From Octopus sinensis (taxonomy: Eukaryota), in contig NC_043009.1 of NCBI RefSeq assembly GCF_006345805.1, positions 68,014,001 through 68,078,000 on the forward strand: a stretch of DNA of 64,000 bases, read 5' to 3'. Both the position numbers and the translations under genes were made by a program. Of this stretch, positions 27,561 to 40,940 are shown one piece after another. The notes under the pieces were generated by a model, which searched no databases, had not been told where the DNA came from, and worked only from the letters and a program-made list of their open reading frames with translations. Every line of letters starts with the position of its first letter. The stretch's first letter is position 1.

Positions 27561-29509
27561 CTCTTAATCCAGAAATATTCACTCTAACGCTAACCTGAGT
27601 TTGAACCCAGGACGTCAAGAGATGAAACTACATTAACGAAGGATTCTTTTGTCAGGTGGTCTATCTTTTCTGCTAATTTACCATAAGCTCCAAGAAATGT
27701 CACTGGTACTTATAATAGATAAAGAAGCTAACGACTCTACGGTTAGGCATTAAAAACTGTGATGTAGAAAGGGGAAAATATACTTTGTTGGTTGTTCATA
27801 TCTCCTCTGTAAGTTTATTGAACGCATTTTCCATCTGACCAGGGTCAAAGTTTTTTTCTTATCCCCATGTATCATGTTTATACAAATCCAACAAGGGAGC
27901 TCTTAGGCAGTTACTAGTCTTGCTAGAAGGAGCAGACAACTCTATCTAAAATTACGTCCAGCCATTTTAACGATAGAACGCATTACATTATACAGACCTT
28001 CATTATACAGACCTAGAAGGAAAAGATGATCCCATATGGAACACCTATTATAGATCTTCAGGAAGAAGCTTGACCCAGGGCTAAACAATAGCAGTACCAG
28101 AAATTATTTTATTTGGTGATGCTGTTGGTTAGCACGAGCTGAAATCAAACTCTGGTTAAAATCAGTCAAGTTGTGACCACTTTCACCTTTTTAAGGATAA
28201 TACAGGTAGGATAACATGATTTCACGTGTTTAGTAGAGCGGCGTAAATGTTTCTAGTTGGTTCGGCGTTGCCCTTGCTGTTTTATTTCCGAGGTTTGTGA
28301 TCAGCAGAGAAGTGACCACACAATCTTCTATGAAATATCACATCTTTTAGTTCAGAAGTCCAAGATCGATAAATATTGCTTAACTTGTGTATCAAGCTGT
28401 ACTCAATAGCTGATGATAAATAGTTCAATCAGTTTCTATCCCTCCCCTCTTCCCCTTTCTTTTCCTTTCGACAGTTTTAATGCCAAACGAATCTTAGAAA
28501 TAAATCAAAAACATACGGAAAAACAAAAGAGAGAAGCAAAAAGGAAATACACAATAATATGAATAATTAAATAAATAAGACCCGAAACAATAAATAACTT
28601 TACGAACTTCGCGCCAGTTTACTTATGCAGAGAGGCCGGAAGGCAAAAATCTTCAGCATCGAGATGAGACCTTGAATATGAAATCACTGAGCTTTGCCAA
28701 AATATTGTTAATCTTGGTACGAGAGAAGAGGGAGTCTCGTGACCTCTATTCATTCTGCAGGGTATTCAAATTTATTACAAGTAAAATTAATATAGTTTCT
28801 TCTTCATCGATATCGACGTTACAAGATAAACGTATGAAAAAAAAAGTAACAAGTCAAATATTTGCTCAGGGGAAGTTTTGGCCATAAGAAGCGGCTATTT
28901 CTTCTTCCAAATCTCTTTTCTCATTGAATTTTGCTAAATCGATGGCGGTGCAATATCTTATTAACGGTTTCATATAAATTGCGTTTCTTGGTATTGGACT
29001 TTCTTTTGTGCGAGATTTGGCATGGCTCAGTAGTTGCGTGGGTCTCGTTAAACAAGCAAAATTTTCCCCTCTCTCTCTCACACGCATACACACATGCGCA
29101 TACACACATATCGTTCTCGTTTTCTGTGTATGTACGAGGGAGCGTGGCATGGTCATTAGTTTGTTGCACTAACGATCGCTACATCATGGTTTCGATACCT
29201 GGGAACGGAGGTATGTTGTGTTTTTGAGCAAAACAGTCCATCTCACGTTGCCCCGCGTTCACTTCGATATCCAGCGTGTGGTACGTCGTGCACCAGTAAA
29301 GGCAGAGCATCTTCTTACGATACAACAAAGAGCGTGTAAAGTTTAGCCATCACTACGCATTCAACAGACGTAAACACCTTGAATTTAAATATACACATAT
29401 ACATATACCTTAATGGACAATAAAAATGAAAAGAAAAAGGAAATCTGTCCAATTAAATTCGATCTCGTTTTGTTCTTAATTTGATCGAATATAATAATAT
29501 GTGTCATAT

Positions 29510-29557
<48 letters not shown>

Positions 29558-29567
29558 GGGTGTGTGT

Positions 29568-29598
<31 letters not shown>

Positions 29599-29778
29599 GC
29601 GTGCGTGGTGCGTGTGTGTGTGTATACAAGCATATAATATATAAATTTCATATATATACATGCATATACATACATTATATCCATATATACAAACATATAT
29701 ATATATATCTGTATACACATATATATGTATATATCTATCTATATCTATGTGACGTAGATATATATATATATATATATA

Positions 29779-29827
<49 letters not shown>

Positions 29828-30277
29828 TAAACAATGGTGATATATGAAGTCAATGAGAACAGGTTTTCCGTGTTTATTTCACAAAAAATATTGGCTTTTC
29901 ATTAGAGATCGAACTCGGGTCCCATCCTTGCTTGCAAGTTATAGTCAGACATACATTCTTACACGTATGCACACATACACCTGTATCTATATTTATACAT
30001 GCACAAGTACATACATACACATCTACATACATACATAAATACATACATACATATATATATGTGTGTGTGTGTATAAACACATACATGCACGTATACGTAC
30101 TTACTGGTATGTATGAATATGTGCATATATGTATTTATTTGTGTATATGTATGTATACATATACTATATATATTTAAATATATATAATATATATACATGC
30201 ATGCATAAATACATAAATATATATATACATATATATACATACATACATATATATAGATATATATACGTACATACATG

Positions 30278-30332
<55 letters not shown>

Positions 30333-30599
30333 TTATGTATATCGATTTACTAATGGATTCTGAAAGTATTTAATGTGAAGTAAAACATGTTTTGTAAGTC
30401 CAATCAATGAAAGACAGAAAGAAATAGATGTCGATTTTATAAATCTTCGTGGAATCAAGCAAGCTGTTGGCACTAGAGTAAATCCTTATCACTTTAAATC
30501 AGTTTTTAGGTGGCCACCATCGTTGCAAAGGAGATAAGCACTGGGACGAGCTGTGCGAGTCGATCGACCGATCCTGCGAACCGGTTTTTGAAATGCTGC

Positions 30600-30860
30600 T
30601 TTGATATGAGATTGCTTCACCAACTATCAGCGTTATGAACGTCTTTCTGGGAGGTATGAACGTCGTGTACTCTAAGGTGAACTTGTACGTGGTCGCATGT
30701 GCTAGAAAGGGAGCATCTAAATGGTTACTCGATCTGCCTTCGAAAGAGAGGACTCTTATGAATAATGTGCTTATAATCCAATGTACCTGGAGAAAGATGT
30801 TGATGGTTTTTCTAGCAGCGATGATTATTGTCATAGGGCTGGTCAGTCAGGGTTGATATA
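30600..30860 (+). mobile_element. Possible CRE-like non-LTR remnant
   Basis: ARKGASKWLLDLPSKE resembles the post-RT GASxWLxxLP motif; no other motif recognised. Confidence 0.3.
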
Positions 30861-30949
30861 GCGCTAAACAGCAATAGTGATATCTTGTAAGATTTGTGCA
30901 TTTGAGGTTTTAGTTAGGTCTCCATCGCGAACAGAGAAAAGCAAAATCC

Positions 30950-31510
30950 CTCAAGCACTACTCGCACCATGTAAACACCACTACAACACCTTCCCTCTCG
31001 ACATTAGTGACACACAGCTATAACCCAAATTCCGGACTTCATTATCACCAAGGATCTCTCCTAGCGAAGGCATATCCTAAGCATAGATAGGGTCGTATTC
31101 CAGAAGACATTTCAGTCCCATAACAGCTGCTGGCGCTCTACAAGCGAGAACCACAACAGAGGAATACTTCTACATCTAAAGCTATCCAGAGATAGGCCAT
31201 TCGGCTTATTAGCACTCATTAACTAACAGATGCATTCCAGCACAGACACAAGTTGTGTGTATTTGTTTTCTCTAACGATGCCATCTTATCCTCTGCTCCT
31301 CAATGCTTGATTGTTTGTACCTCTGTAACTCAGGTGGCTCATTTGTGCCTTGACAATTTGCACACACCCCCTTTCCGTTGGACTAACTTCTAAGACAAAT
31401 CCTTCATCTCCGTAACATAGTCACTCTGGAATCTGCTTCCTCCTATACTGGAAATATCGACCTACAACAATTTAAACAGAATGTTAAGGGCATTAATCTC
31501 ACCAGCCTCC
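30950..31510 (+). mobile_element. 3' fragment of a CR1/Jockey-group LINE
   Basis: Remnants IQR*AIRLI...LTD...HR, SFI...SLWNLLP, IDLQQFKQNVKGINL. Confidence 0.55.
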
Positions 31511-31593
31511 AAGACCGCAAAAGTCACAGCATTTGCTCCATCCTTCAGACTTCCACAATCCATAAGTAATACATCTCCTCCCACAATGTATAT

Positions 31594-31642
<49 letters not shown>

Positions 31643-34600
31643 ATCTGTAGAAGGTAGAAAAGTAACACACGAGTTGATATGTATAAAGAAAATAAGACGA
31701 GGTGGAAAATGCTAAAATAATTTTATCACATTTGGTGATTTTAGTAACGGTTTCTGTCTTTTACACTCTTTCAGCTAACAGTAAAATAAGAAAAAAACAA
31801 TTAGATTGGAGAAAGAATTCTACTGTTATTGTTTAGCTCCAGGTTAGTCCATGTCAAGTAGGTCTGTGATTAACCTTTCCAGCCATGACCATTTCATCTT
31901 ATTTCCAAACAATATCTCCTGGCCTACTGAACATGCCTCATTTTAATTTCTTTGTGTGGTAAGGTATGGGTCGTGGAATATTTTACTGTTGTTTTAGCAA
32001 CACAAGCGACCCCCGACCACGCAGAAAATCCTTCATTTCCTCAATTATTGAAAACTGTATGGCTTGAAAATGTAATTTGAGAGATTCCAGCTAATTCTAA
32101 AAGACGTAACGTCCCTATAGGTTTCTATGAATGCTTGCATTGTATATACTGACAGCTGCCTTTATTATGAGTGATGAATTAATGTAACGATTTTTCTCCA
32201 TGGACATAACTGTTTGGTCACTGATGGTTATTACTGGATACCATAGTTCGTTCGTTAGAAGAAAGACAGACCTACGCAATGCTTGACCTACTTAACGTAT
32301 CAGCCTCATCTCGTCTCAAATATCGTTTTAAGATCTTTTAAAATCAAACACAAAAGTTTTGACTTTGATAACAATATGCCTGTAATAAAGATGATAATCA
32401 TCTACAGAGAATAAACTTTTCTAGACTGGTGGATTTTCAGGAAAGAAACGTGATTTGAAGATAAAAATCTGTAATAAAATGAAAGACGATCAGCTGATGT
32501 TGATATGAAAAACCATAAAATAAGTAATCTTTCTCGGCTCTCTTTGAAAAGCGCAAAAGACAAATTTATGGAGTCATGATTAGAAGTTTAAAATATCCAT
32601 ATTTGTAGAAGTCGTCGTTTTTATATCTCAAGGTTTGTCAACTCAGAAATTAAAAGAAAAATTTGCAACTAATGAGATTTGATCTCAGCAGGGGAAGAGA
32701 ATTTAGTTAATTAAATACTGTAATTAATCACGTTGACTGTCAAAAGTGTCCAATCTAATTAATTTATTGACTTCAAATGCAAATGGTGGAATTACGTAGC
32801 CTTTGAAATCCAGACCGTAACCGAATCGGTGCATCACACACGTAACTAGAGGCTGTAGTAGTAATATACAAGACCACTGAGTCGGATGTTGAGCCTTGGT
32901 TTATGACGTGATTCAGCAAATTACGGGATTGTTGTGAACGTCGGATCCACCAGAAATGATATCTGGTCATGTGTAGTTCACAGAGAGATGTACATTATAC
33001 AGCAAGCACAGTCTGGCCACATAGTCTGCATAATCTGACCATAGAACTGTTCTGGAATTATATCCCATCGTAGGCGAAAAGAAAACTGGTTATTTTGATC
33101 AGAATTCTCAGCTGTTACACGTGTGTAAATAAAAGCGATTTGTGCACTTAATACCACGAAGAGATGAAAATGCAGGAGAGGAGAAAAATCGGTGAATAAC
33201 GGTAGATACAGTACCACCAACAGCAAGGAGGTCTGAAGGGTTTAATTTTCAAAACATCCCCGACCACAGTTCGGAGGATCCTCAAGTGATTCTCCTTATC
33301 ACTGGTGCAAAGATCACACAACCAGGTAGCCGATTGAAAACATCTCGAACCAGAAAACCCGAGAATCCATCTTCCAGGAGCGCTACTCTCTCACCTGGTT
33401 GCACTTCCCATAATGGGGGTGGGTTGTTGAAAAGAAGAAAAATCTTCCGCAGGATTGGAACAGAAAATTATTATGTACTGTAAAATGAAAATAAAATCAA
33501 AAGAAAAACAATTCGCCAAAGAAAGATTATTTTTCAAAGTTCAAGGGACTTGAGGTGGACTTTTTGCGCAGGGCTACAATTTCAAGATCCTGCGAAGAAG
33601 CAACGTAATCTTGAGATCAACAGTGAGAATACTGAAGAGAAATAAAGAGGATGATGTGCTCTTTGAGGATGAGAGGGAATTTGTGCCAGAATTTAATAGG
33701 CATTGAAGGGATAGCATATTGTTGAATATCAAACTAATGATATAGGCATTAGCAGAAGATCTTGGGTGCTTTTCTTGCGCTCAATGGAGAAAATGTGCGT
33801 TTGACACAATGCCCTGTGTCTGTCTCACCTCAATTCAGGGCTGCTCCGACGTTGCTTATCATATGTCCTGGGCCAGTAAAATACATACTGGGTAAATTAC
33901 ATCCCCATAAAATGTGTTACCGTGTCTTTATGTTAGAAATGAATACCATTAAGTATGATGTGTGAAACAGTTGAAGTGGTACTTTTCCTCAAAGAATTTC
34001 TCACGACAGCAAAAGGCGGCTCGGCGTTTTCTTTTCCCTGGATTTATTTAATAAACACTAATCAAATTTATTATTGTGTCCCAATGTTAGAAATCGTTGT
34101 ATTTACTATTTTAACCAACTACTAAACCTGTTTTATCCGACACCTTGTGATTATTATTCGAAATAACATGTCTGTGCACAATTTAATCGCTTTTAAGCAC
34201 GTAGTTAATCAGACTGTGTTTTGATATTACCAAACACTAACACCAAAAAGAACATAGTTTTCATCTGGCACTAACCCCTTACATGAAAGCATGGAAACTC
34301 GTGATAAATGTTACCTCACTTCTGCTACTATTGATTTTTCAGGGGTCACGTACCGCCACCTATGGTACGAATCGATGCAGGCACTCGATCCCGCTATGGT
34401 GTTCGGGGCAGGCATGGTAGTAACGCTAATCGCCAGATGAGAACACGCTCCCTAAGGAAAGAAGAACTACTTAAAAGGCAAGGTTTAACGAAAGAAAATG
34501 TGTGCAACCGCGAAAGAAAGTAGTTTTCTTTGTGACATGAAGGGATTTCAAACACACACACACACACACACACACACCACACACACACGCACACACACAC

Positions 34601-35814
34601 AACACACACACACACATACACACACATACACACACACTATTAATTAATATATTCATTAATAGCAGGAAAGAGTGAAGAGAGTCTTAATGTATAGAACTGA
34701 AATGTAGCCAGCCTATAAAACAAAATGAATATTTGTCAGTTCGAATCTTGTTTCTGAGATAGCGTTTTGTCATTGGCAAAAAATTAAAAGTACAGGATCT
34801 TCATTGACCCATACACACACACACATACTTACAACAGACACACACATATATATATATATATATATATCTTCAACAGAGTATAAATTGATGTGTGCTTCGT
34901 TTGGTGTTAGTTATGAGCTAAATTTCTGCGCTGGTCAAAACCTCGTTAATGGAACAGCATACAATTAGTGCATTTTAACTAGTGACAAGTCCCGAGAGTT
35001 ACTTGACATTATATACTCACCCATGAGACTTTACTCACGTGACAATATTTTACTCTTTTTGTTTGTTTTGTTTTACCGAAACTAAATATTTTATGATATT
35101 TTTCTCATTTCCAATGTCTTTGTTTTACAATACTTTCATTGAAAACTGAAGTTTGACACTCTAAAATTTGAATCTATTCCAATACTTTTGTGAGGGGAGG
35201 GATTGATACTAGGAATATATCAAGATTGCCAATTAGCTCTTTGTTTGTCTTCAGACTTTCGGTTGGACCTTCTTTCAAAGGTTTTGAATAATATAAATAT
35301 TTCCTTTCATAAGTCACGAGTTACTGTGGTGTTTGCAAAAAAATTAGAAATTTGTGTCATATATGATGCATGATCGTTAGGGAAATATGTCCTGTGTATC
35401 CATGTGCCATACCCAGGACAAGGAAAGGGTAAGACTGTGCAGTTCTCCTTTACGAGAAATGCTAAAACTTACGCTAAACAACTCTCTCTCCCTTCTCGTG
35501 ATCAATTAATCTTTGCTCATTCTGCTAAAGGAAGTAAACGAATCTCTCGACCAATTGTAAGTCCATACTTTTAATAGAAAAGGGTTATATAGCTTGGTGG
35601 TGGTCTGAATTCCCCTAATCTGGAAAATAGAATATTGGTCTCAGTCATGGCCGATCTGCTAATAAGCAACAGTCAAAAGAGAAAGCAACAACCTTACAAC
35701 AAATTTGACCAGTCAAAGGCCCAAGAAATTAAGTACAACAACCAAAAACTCTTGTAATTATCTAGATTTTACTCTAAAGCAAAATAAATGGATAGCGTAG
35801 CATCAGTAAGCATT

Positions 35815-36416
<602 letters not shown>

Positions 36417-36421
36417 CTATC

Positions 36422-36466
<45 letters not shown>

Positions 36467-37411
36467 CAAATGGATTTTCTGCGTTGCCATTTTTATTCTT
36501 TTCCTCTTCGCCCACCCACCACAATTAAATAAAAGCTCCGGAAATGTCTTATAGTTTTCAGGGTCTCATAAGACTTGCATGTACAAGCAGACCCGTCGAA
36601 TTACAGGTAACTGCATATCACCTCCTTTTTACCGTTAGTCTTGTATTTCGGTGTCCCTGACATTCTGTGCCAGTCGCTCAATTTCTCTGCTAGCTTAGCT
36701 TCTGAAAACTGTATTTCACACATCTTTGCATCTTCTACTTAGAATAGGAACCATCATGCATCGCGATAATTTTAGCAAATTACTTATGAAAATCGAACAC
36801 CGCCCTCTACTTGGAATAAAAGCACACAGTCCCCCTGCGTTCTGTTAAGGACTAAAAATCCTGTTTGTTGTTACATCACTCTTTCGCAGCATGGGATCAT
36901 CGAACGACTGTATGAAGACACATCTTAGCTCAAACAAAGCAAACTTCCCTGGTAAACTCGTTGCGGCTTGATCAAGCTCATTTGGTGTATTTATGAATTC
37001 GAGTAAGACGGATAAGTTTTTACATCCACCTTTCTTTACAAATACTTCTGCTTAATCTCAAAATGGATCTGAGATACCACTTAAAACCCCTCAGAAATAC
37101 AAATAGGCGAACGTAGCTAGGAAAGATTCCTAGGGTCCAGATCTGAAACTTCTGCAACTAGCAAGGCATTTCCCCAGTATCCTGGTCCACAACATCGTCT
37201 TTTCTTGGAGTTTCAGACCTTTCCTGAACAAGGTAGTCACACCATTCGGTCTGATTTGATCATTCGAGGTATGGACATTGTTGAAGGCGCGCGAGAATAC
37301 GGTTCTTAAACTCTGGGTGTTAGAGATAAGACCATTCAGCCAGGGATCAATCTTCTAGAAAGCCCCAGGTCATGTGCATTTACGCATCCCCCTTGCAATG
37401 TGGGTCTAGTT

Positions 37412-37930
37412 CAGGGTTCCCCAAACTTTTCAGACAATCGATTCATGGAATCCTTGATCCCCCCACCCAGGCATGTACAAGAAAATAAATAAATAATGAT
37501 AATAATTAGGTAGATGTACATTTATCGACCCCTTGAAGAGTGCCATTGACCACTTTGAAGACCGTTGCCCTCGCTGAAAAGGGTAAGACCACATACCATA
37601 CAGTTTGTGTAGGGGTGAAGTTCGTGTTTTAAGCTTCCGAAAAGGATTCTTCCAGCATTTTGGGCAGAAGAAGCCTTGATTTTAAAAGGTATCACGTCCA
37701 CTGGGAATTTTTCCGACATGCTTCTATAATCTACCGCAGTCCTTATAAAAAAAGAGTTTTCTGACTCCATTTCGTCGCCAGATAAGGCGTTTGTGGAGAG
37801 TAAAGATAATGTCACATTGATGGGAATTTCGTTTCTTCTTTTTCTGAACTCCCCAGAGACGTTTATAGGAAACGCGGGGAAAATTGTGTTTGTTTAGAGT
37901 TTGTTTTGTTGTTGGTTTCATTCTTCCTTT
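37412..37930. mobile_element. hAT (Charlie/Buster-like) terminal fragment
   Basis: CAGGGTTCCCCAAACTTTT terminus preceded by GTCTAGTT (NTCTAGAN-like target); minus ORF 37522..37815 has a CxxC (CMVCG). The other end was not found. Confidence 0.35.
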
Positions 37931-38115
37931 AATTGTTGTTCAACCTCCTGTTGCCTAGGTGAACGTTTATTGGCGTTAGTAAGAAAAGGTCGTGCTCCCG
38001 AAATCCAAAGACCGTTAACATTCTAATTTGTATTTCTTCAATAAAGAAATGGTCAGGAAATTAGCTCCTAAAGCTTCTCTAGCCAGTTCTTCGGCATTAT
38101 TTGTTACTGTATAAA

Positions 38116-38312
38116 GTGGCGAGCTGGCAGAAACGTTAGCACACCGGGCGAAATGCTTAGTGGCATTTCGTCTGCCGCTACGTACTGAGTTCAAATTGCC
38201 TTTCATCCTTTCGGGATCGATAAATTAAGTACCAGTTGCATACTGTGGCCGATCTAACCGACTGGTCCCCTCTCCCAAAATTTCGGGCCTTGTGCCTAGA
38301 GTAGAAAAGATT
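38116..38312 (+). mobile_element. SINE family A, short form
   Basis: GGCGAGCTGGCAGAAACGTTAGCAC head; GGGCCTTGTGCCTAGAGTAG tail. Confidence 0.85.
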
Positions 38313-39574
38313 ACTTGTTACTGTAGACATACCGATATTCTATTATCTCCTCATCTCTGCTAAAATCTGATGTTCCAAATTTGGCGACACGTTATGAATC
38401 ATTACTTACAGAAATTTGATGGAGTTTGTGCTGTTACGATTCTCTTCCCTTTTGCCTCACCTGGGAACAAAGCATCCCACGAACCGTAATGCTTTCCATT
38501 CCAATGGTACCAAACGGTGCCAATATAGTTCCCAGTCACTTTTCTGTCTGAGCAAGAAAAACGCTTTTTACAACGTCCTCCTTTTTCTCCTTACGCATCT
38601 CAATGTGATTGTGTCTCTTAATGAACGATTGAATTCGCATTTATGCCAAAAGTGTCCTTTCAGGATTCTTTATATAAGGATCCAGTCTTCCTAGACGTCC
38701 TTTTCGAACTGGAGCGAGCGCTCATTCCAGACGCTGATGTTATTGAAAGGATATCTTTCATGGTGATCATTCTTGTTCTGGATATTGTATTTGGCTGCTT
38801 CTACTGTTCTTCATTCATGATGTTTCTGTCGCTGTTATGGATGTTGTTGTTGCTTTTGATGATGATGATGATGATGAGATGATGTCTTCTGTTTCATTCA
38901 ACCTTCTGTTGACATTCTCTATAGTTTTGCCGTCGTTTCTCTTGTCACTCTGCATATTTTTTCTCCTTTTTATTTTTTGGTCTTTCCCACGTTTCGTTGT
39001 TTCAGTTTTGTTGTTGTTGTTGTCACTGGTGTTGGCATTTGTGTTGCAGCTGTTGTTGATGTTGTTGTTGATGTTTCTTATATTGTTGTAATGCTTCAAC
39101 GCGGCATCTCTGGTAGGTGTTGTCAGATTTAACACCATCACATTTTTTTATTTTGTTTCTCGAGGGAAAGAAAGAAAGATCTTTGGCAAAATGTCGTTTT
39201 GTCGTTTTGACAAACAAAACTTGAAAGGCAGACGACACCTTAAGCGTTACAGCAACCACGACTCTCATGATTGCCTCCCACCACGCCTCACATTCGTCAA
39301 ACGTTGGCGATTTTGATAAATGATTGTCCGCTACGGGAGAAAAAAACCAACAGTTTCACTCTTAATTAAAGGGGACAATGAGAGTTTTAAAATCTTCTTT
39401 TTCTCCGGAATGTCAAAAACAATTATAATGATGGGAATTTCCGGCCGAGAACTGTGAAAAAAAATTCAATGATCAAGGCAGTTCGGAGATGATGATGATG
39501 ATGATGATGATGATAAGGAAAGGGGTCGTCGTCGTCGTAGTAGTAGTAGTTGTAGTAGTAGTGAGAATAATCAA

Positions 39575-39992
39575 CAAGTTCGTGTAAGTACCAGTGCTCA
39601 ACTGGAACTTACTTTATCGATTCCGAAATGATGAAAGGGAAAGTGGACCCTAGCGGAATTTGAATTCCGAATGTAAAGGCGGACGAAACGCCGCTAAGCA
39701 TTTTTTCCGGCGTATTTACGATTCTGCGTGCTCGTCGATTTAATAATACTAATACTACTACTGCTAATAATAATGATGATAACGATGATAATAATTATTT
39801 CTACTAAAGGTACAAGGCCTGAACTTTTGTGGCAGGGGACTCGTCGATTACACTGACCCCAGTGTTTCACTGGTACTTAATTTATTGACTCTAAAAGTCG
39901 ACTTCGACGGAATTTGAACTTAGATCGTAAAGACATGAAATGCTGTTAAGCATTTTGCCCAGCGCGCTAACCATTCTGCCAGCTCGCAGCCT
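39575..39992 (-). mobile_element. Two adjacent SINE family A copies
   Basis: Cores at ~39575-39740 and ~39800-39992 separated by an (AAT)-rich linker. Confidence 0.75.
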
Positions 39993-40029
39993 TAATAATA
40001 ATGATAATAATGATTTCATTTATTTTCCA

Positions 40030-40728
40030 CTAGAGCGAAAGATGAAGGGGACAATACAAAGACAGACATAAAGTGGTGGGGGTCACATACAATAATGAAA
40101 TGATAAAAGAAGGAAAGAAAGAATGTATACAGGGTATACTCTGAAAAAGAAGGGACATATGCACAGCATACAAAGGTTCCTGATACAGGAAGGCCTCTAG
40201 GGATAATCGAGGAACCCCGCTGTCTGGAATTTCCCCGAAACCCCAGGAGCGAGTGCCCTCTCCAATTTCTTCTCTCCGACCCACAAGTCTACACTTAGAG
40301 AGGTACCATCTATTTTCGCAACTTTCACCCACCGTTCAATAAACATTGAATAACTCAATGAGAGCTCTACCAAAGAGGTATCTACCAGTCTTCATGCCTT
40401 TCAGCCACGTCCACCAAACAACCTCTTTCGCCACAGCCACCAGGCAAAGGAAAACTGCATTGCCTGCCAGATTGGAAGAGGGCGGCGCTGCGATGGTCAC
40501 TACAGACTCGGCCGACAGACGGATCCGTCTCACAAATGATAGCAGCTGTTCGACATAACCGCACAAGTCAACAATGCCCGGACACTGAACAAGAGCATGC
40601 AGAACGGTTTCGTCACTCCGCACACCTCGGACAAGCCCGTCTGACAGCACATCCGTGCCTGTAGGGTTTATCTCGAACCGGTAGCACTGCCAAGTCGAGG
40701 ACATCTGGAAATTATCCATGATAGTTCT
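40030..40728 (-). mobile_element. 3' fragment of a Tx1/L1-like LINE (ORF2 C-terminal zinc finger + 3' UTR)
   Basis: MDNFQMSSTWQCYR...CPRC(frameshift)SDETVLHALVQC...AKEVVWWT (ORF 40336..40788). Confidence 0.7.
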
Positions 40729-40747
40729 ATACATATATATATATATA

Positions 40748-40860
40748 CAACGGGCTTCTTTCAGTTTCCGTCTACCAAATCCATTCACAAGGCTTTGGTC
40801 GGCCCGAGGCTATAGTAGAAGACACTCGCCCAGGGGCCACGCAGTGGGACCGAACCCGTA
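40748..40860 (-). mobile_element. SINE family B 5' fragment
   Basis: TTTCAGTTTCCGTCTACCAAATCC...GCAGTGGGACCGAACCC. Confidence 0.8.
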
Positions 40861-40940
40861 TATGTATGTATATATATGTATATATATATATTATATATAT
40901 ATATAATATATATATATAATATTTATATAAATAATAAATA

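Noticed and set aside
28690-29050. Minus-strand ORF remnant (YMKPLIRYCTAIDLAKFNEK...)
   Set aside because: Could be element-derived but no diagnostic motif was recognised.
34362-34523. 53 aa Arg-rich ORF with Kozak-like GCCACCTATGG
   Set aside because: No recognisable family or signal peptide; short ORFs of this size are expected by chance.
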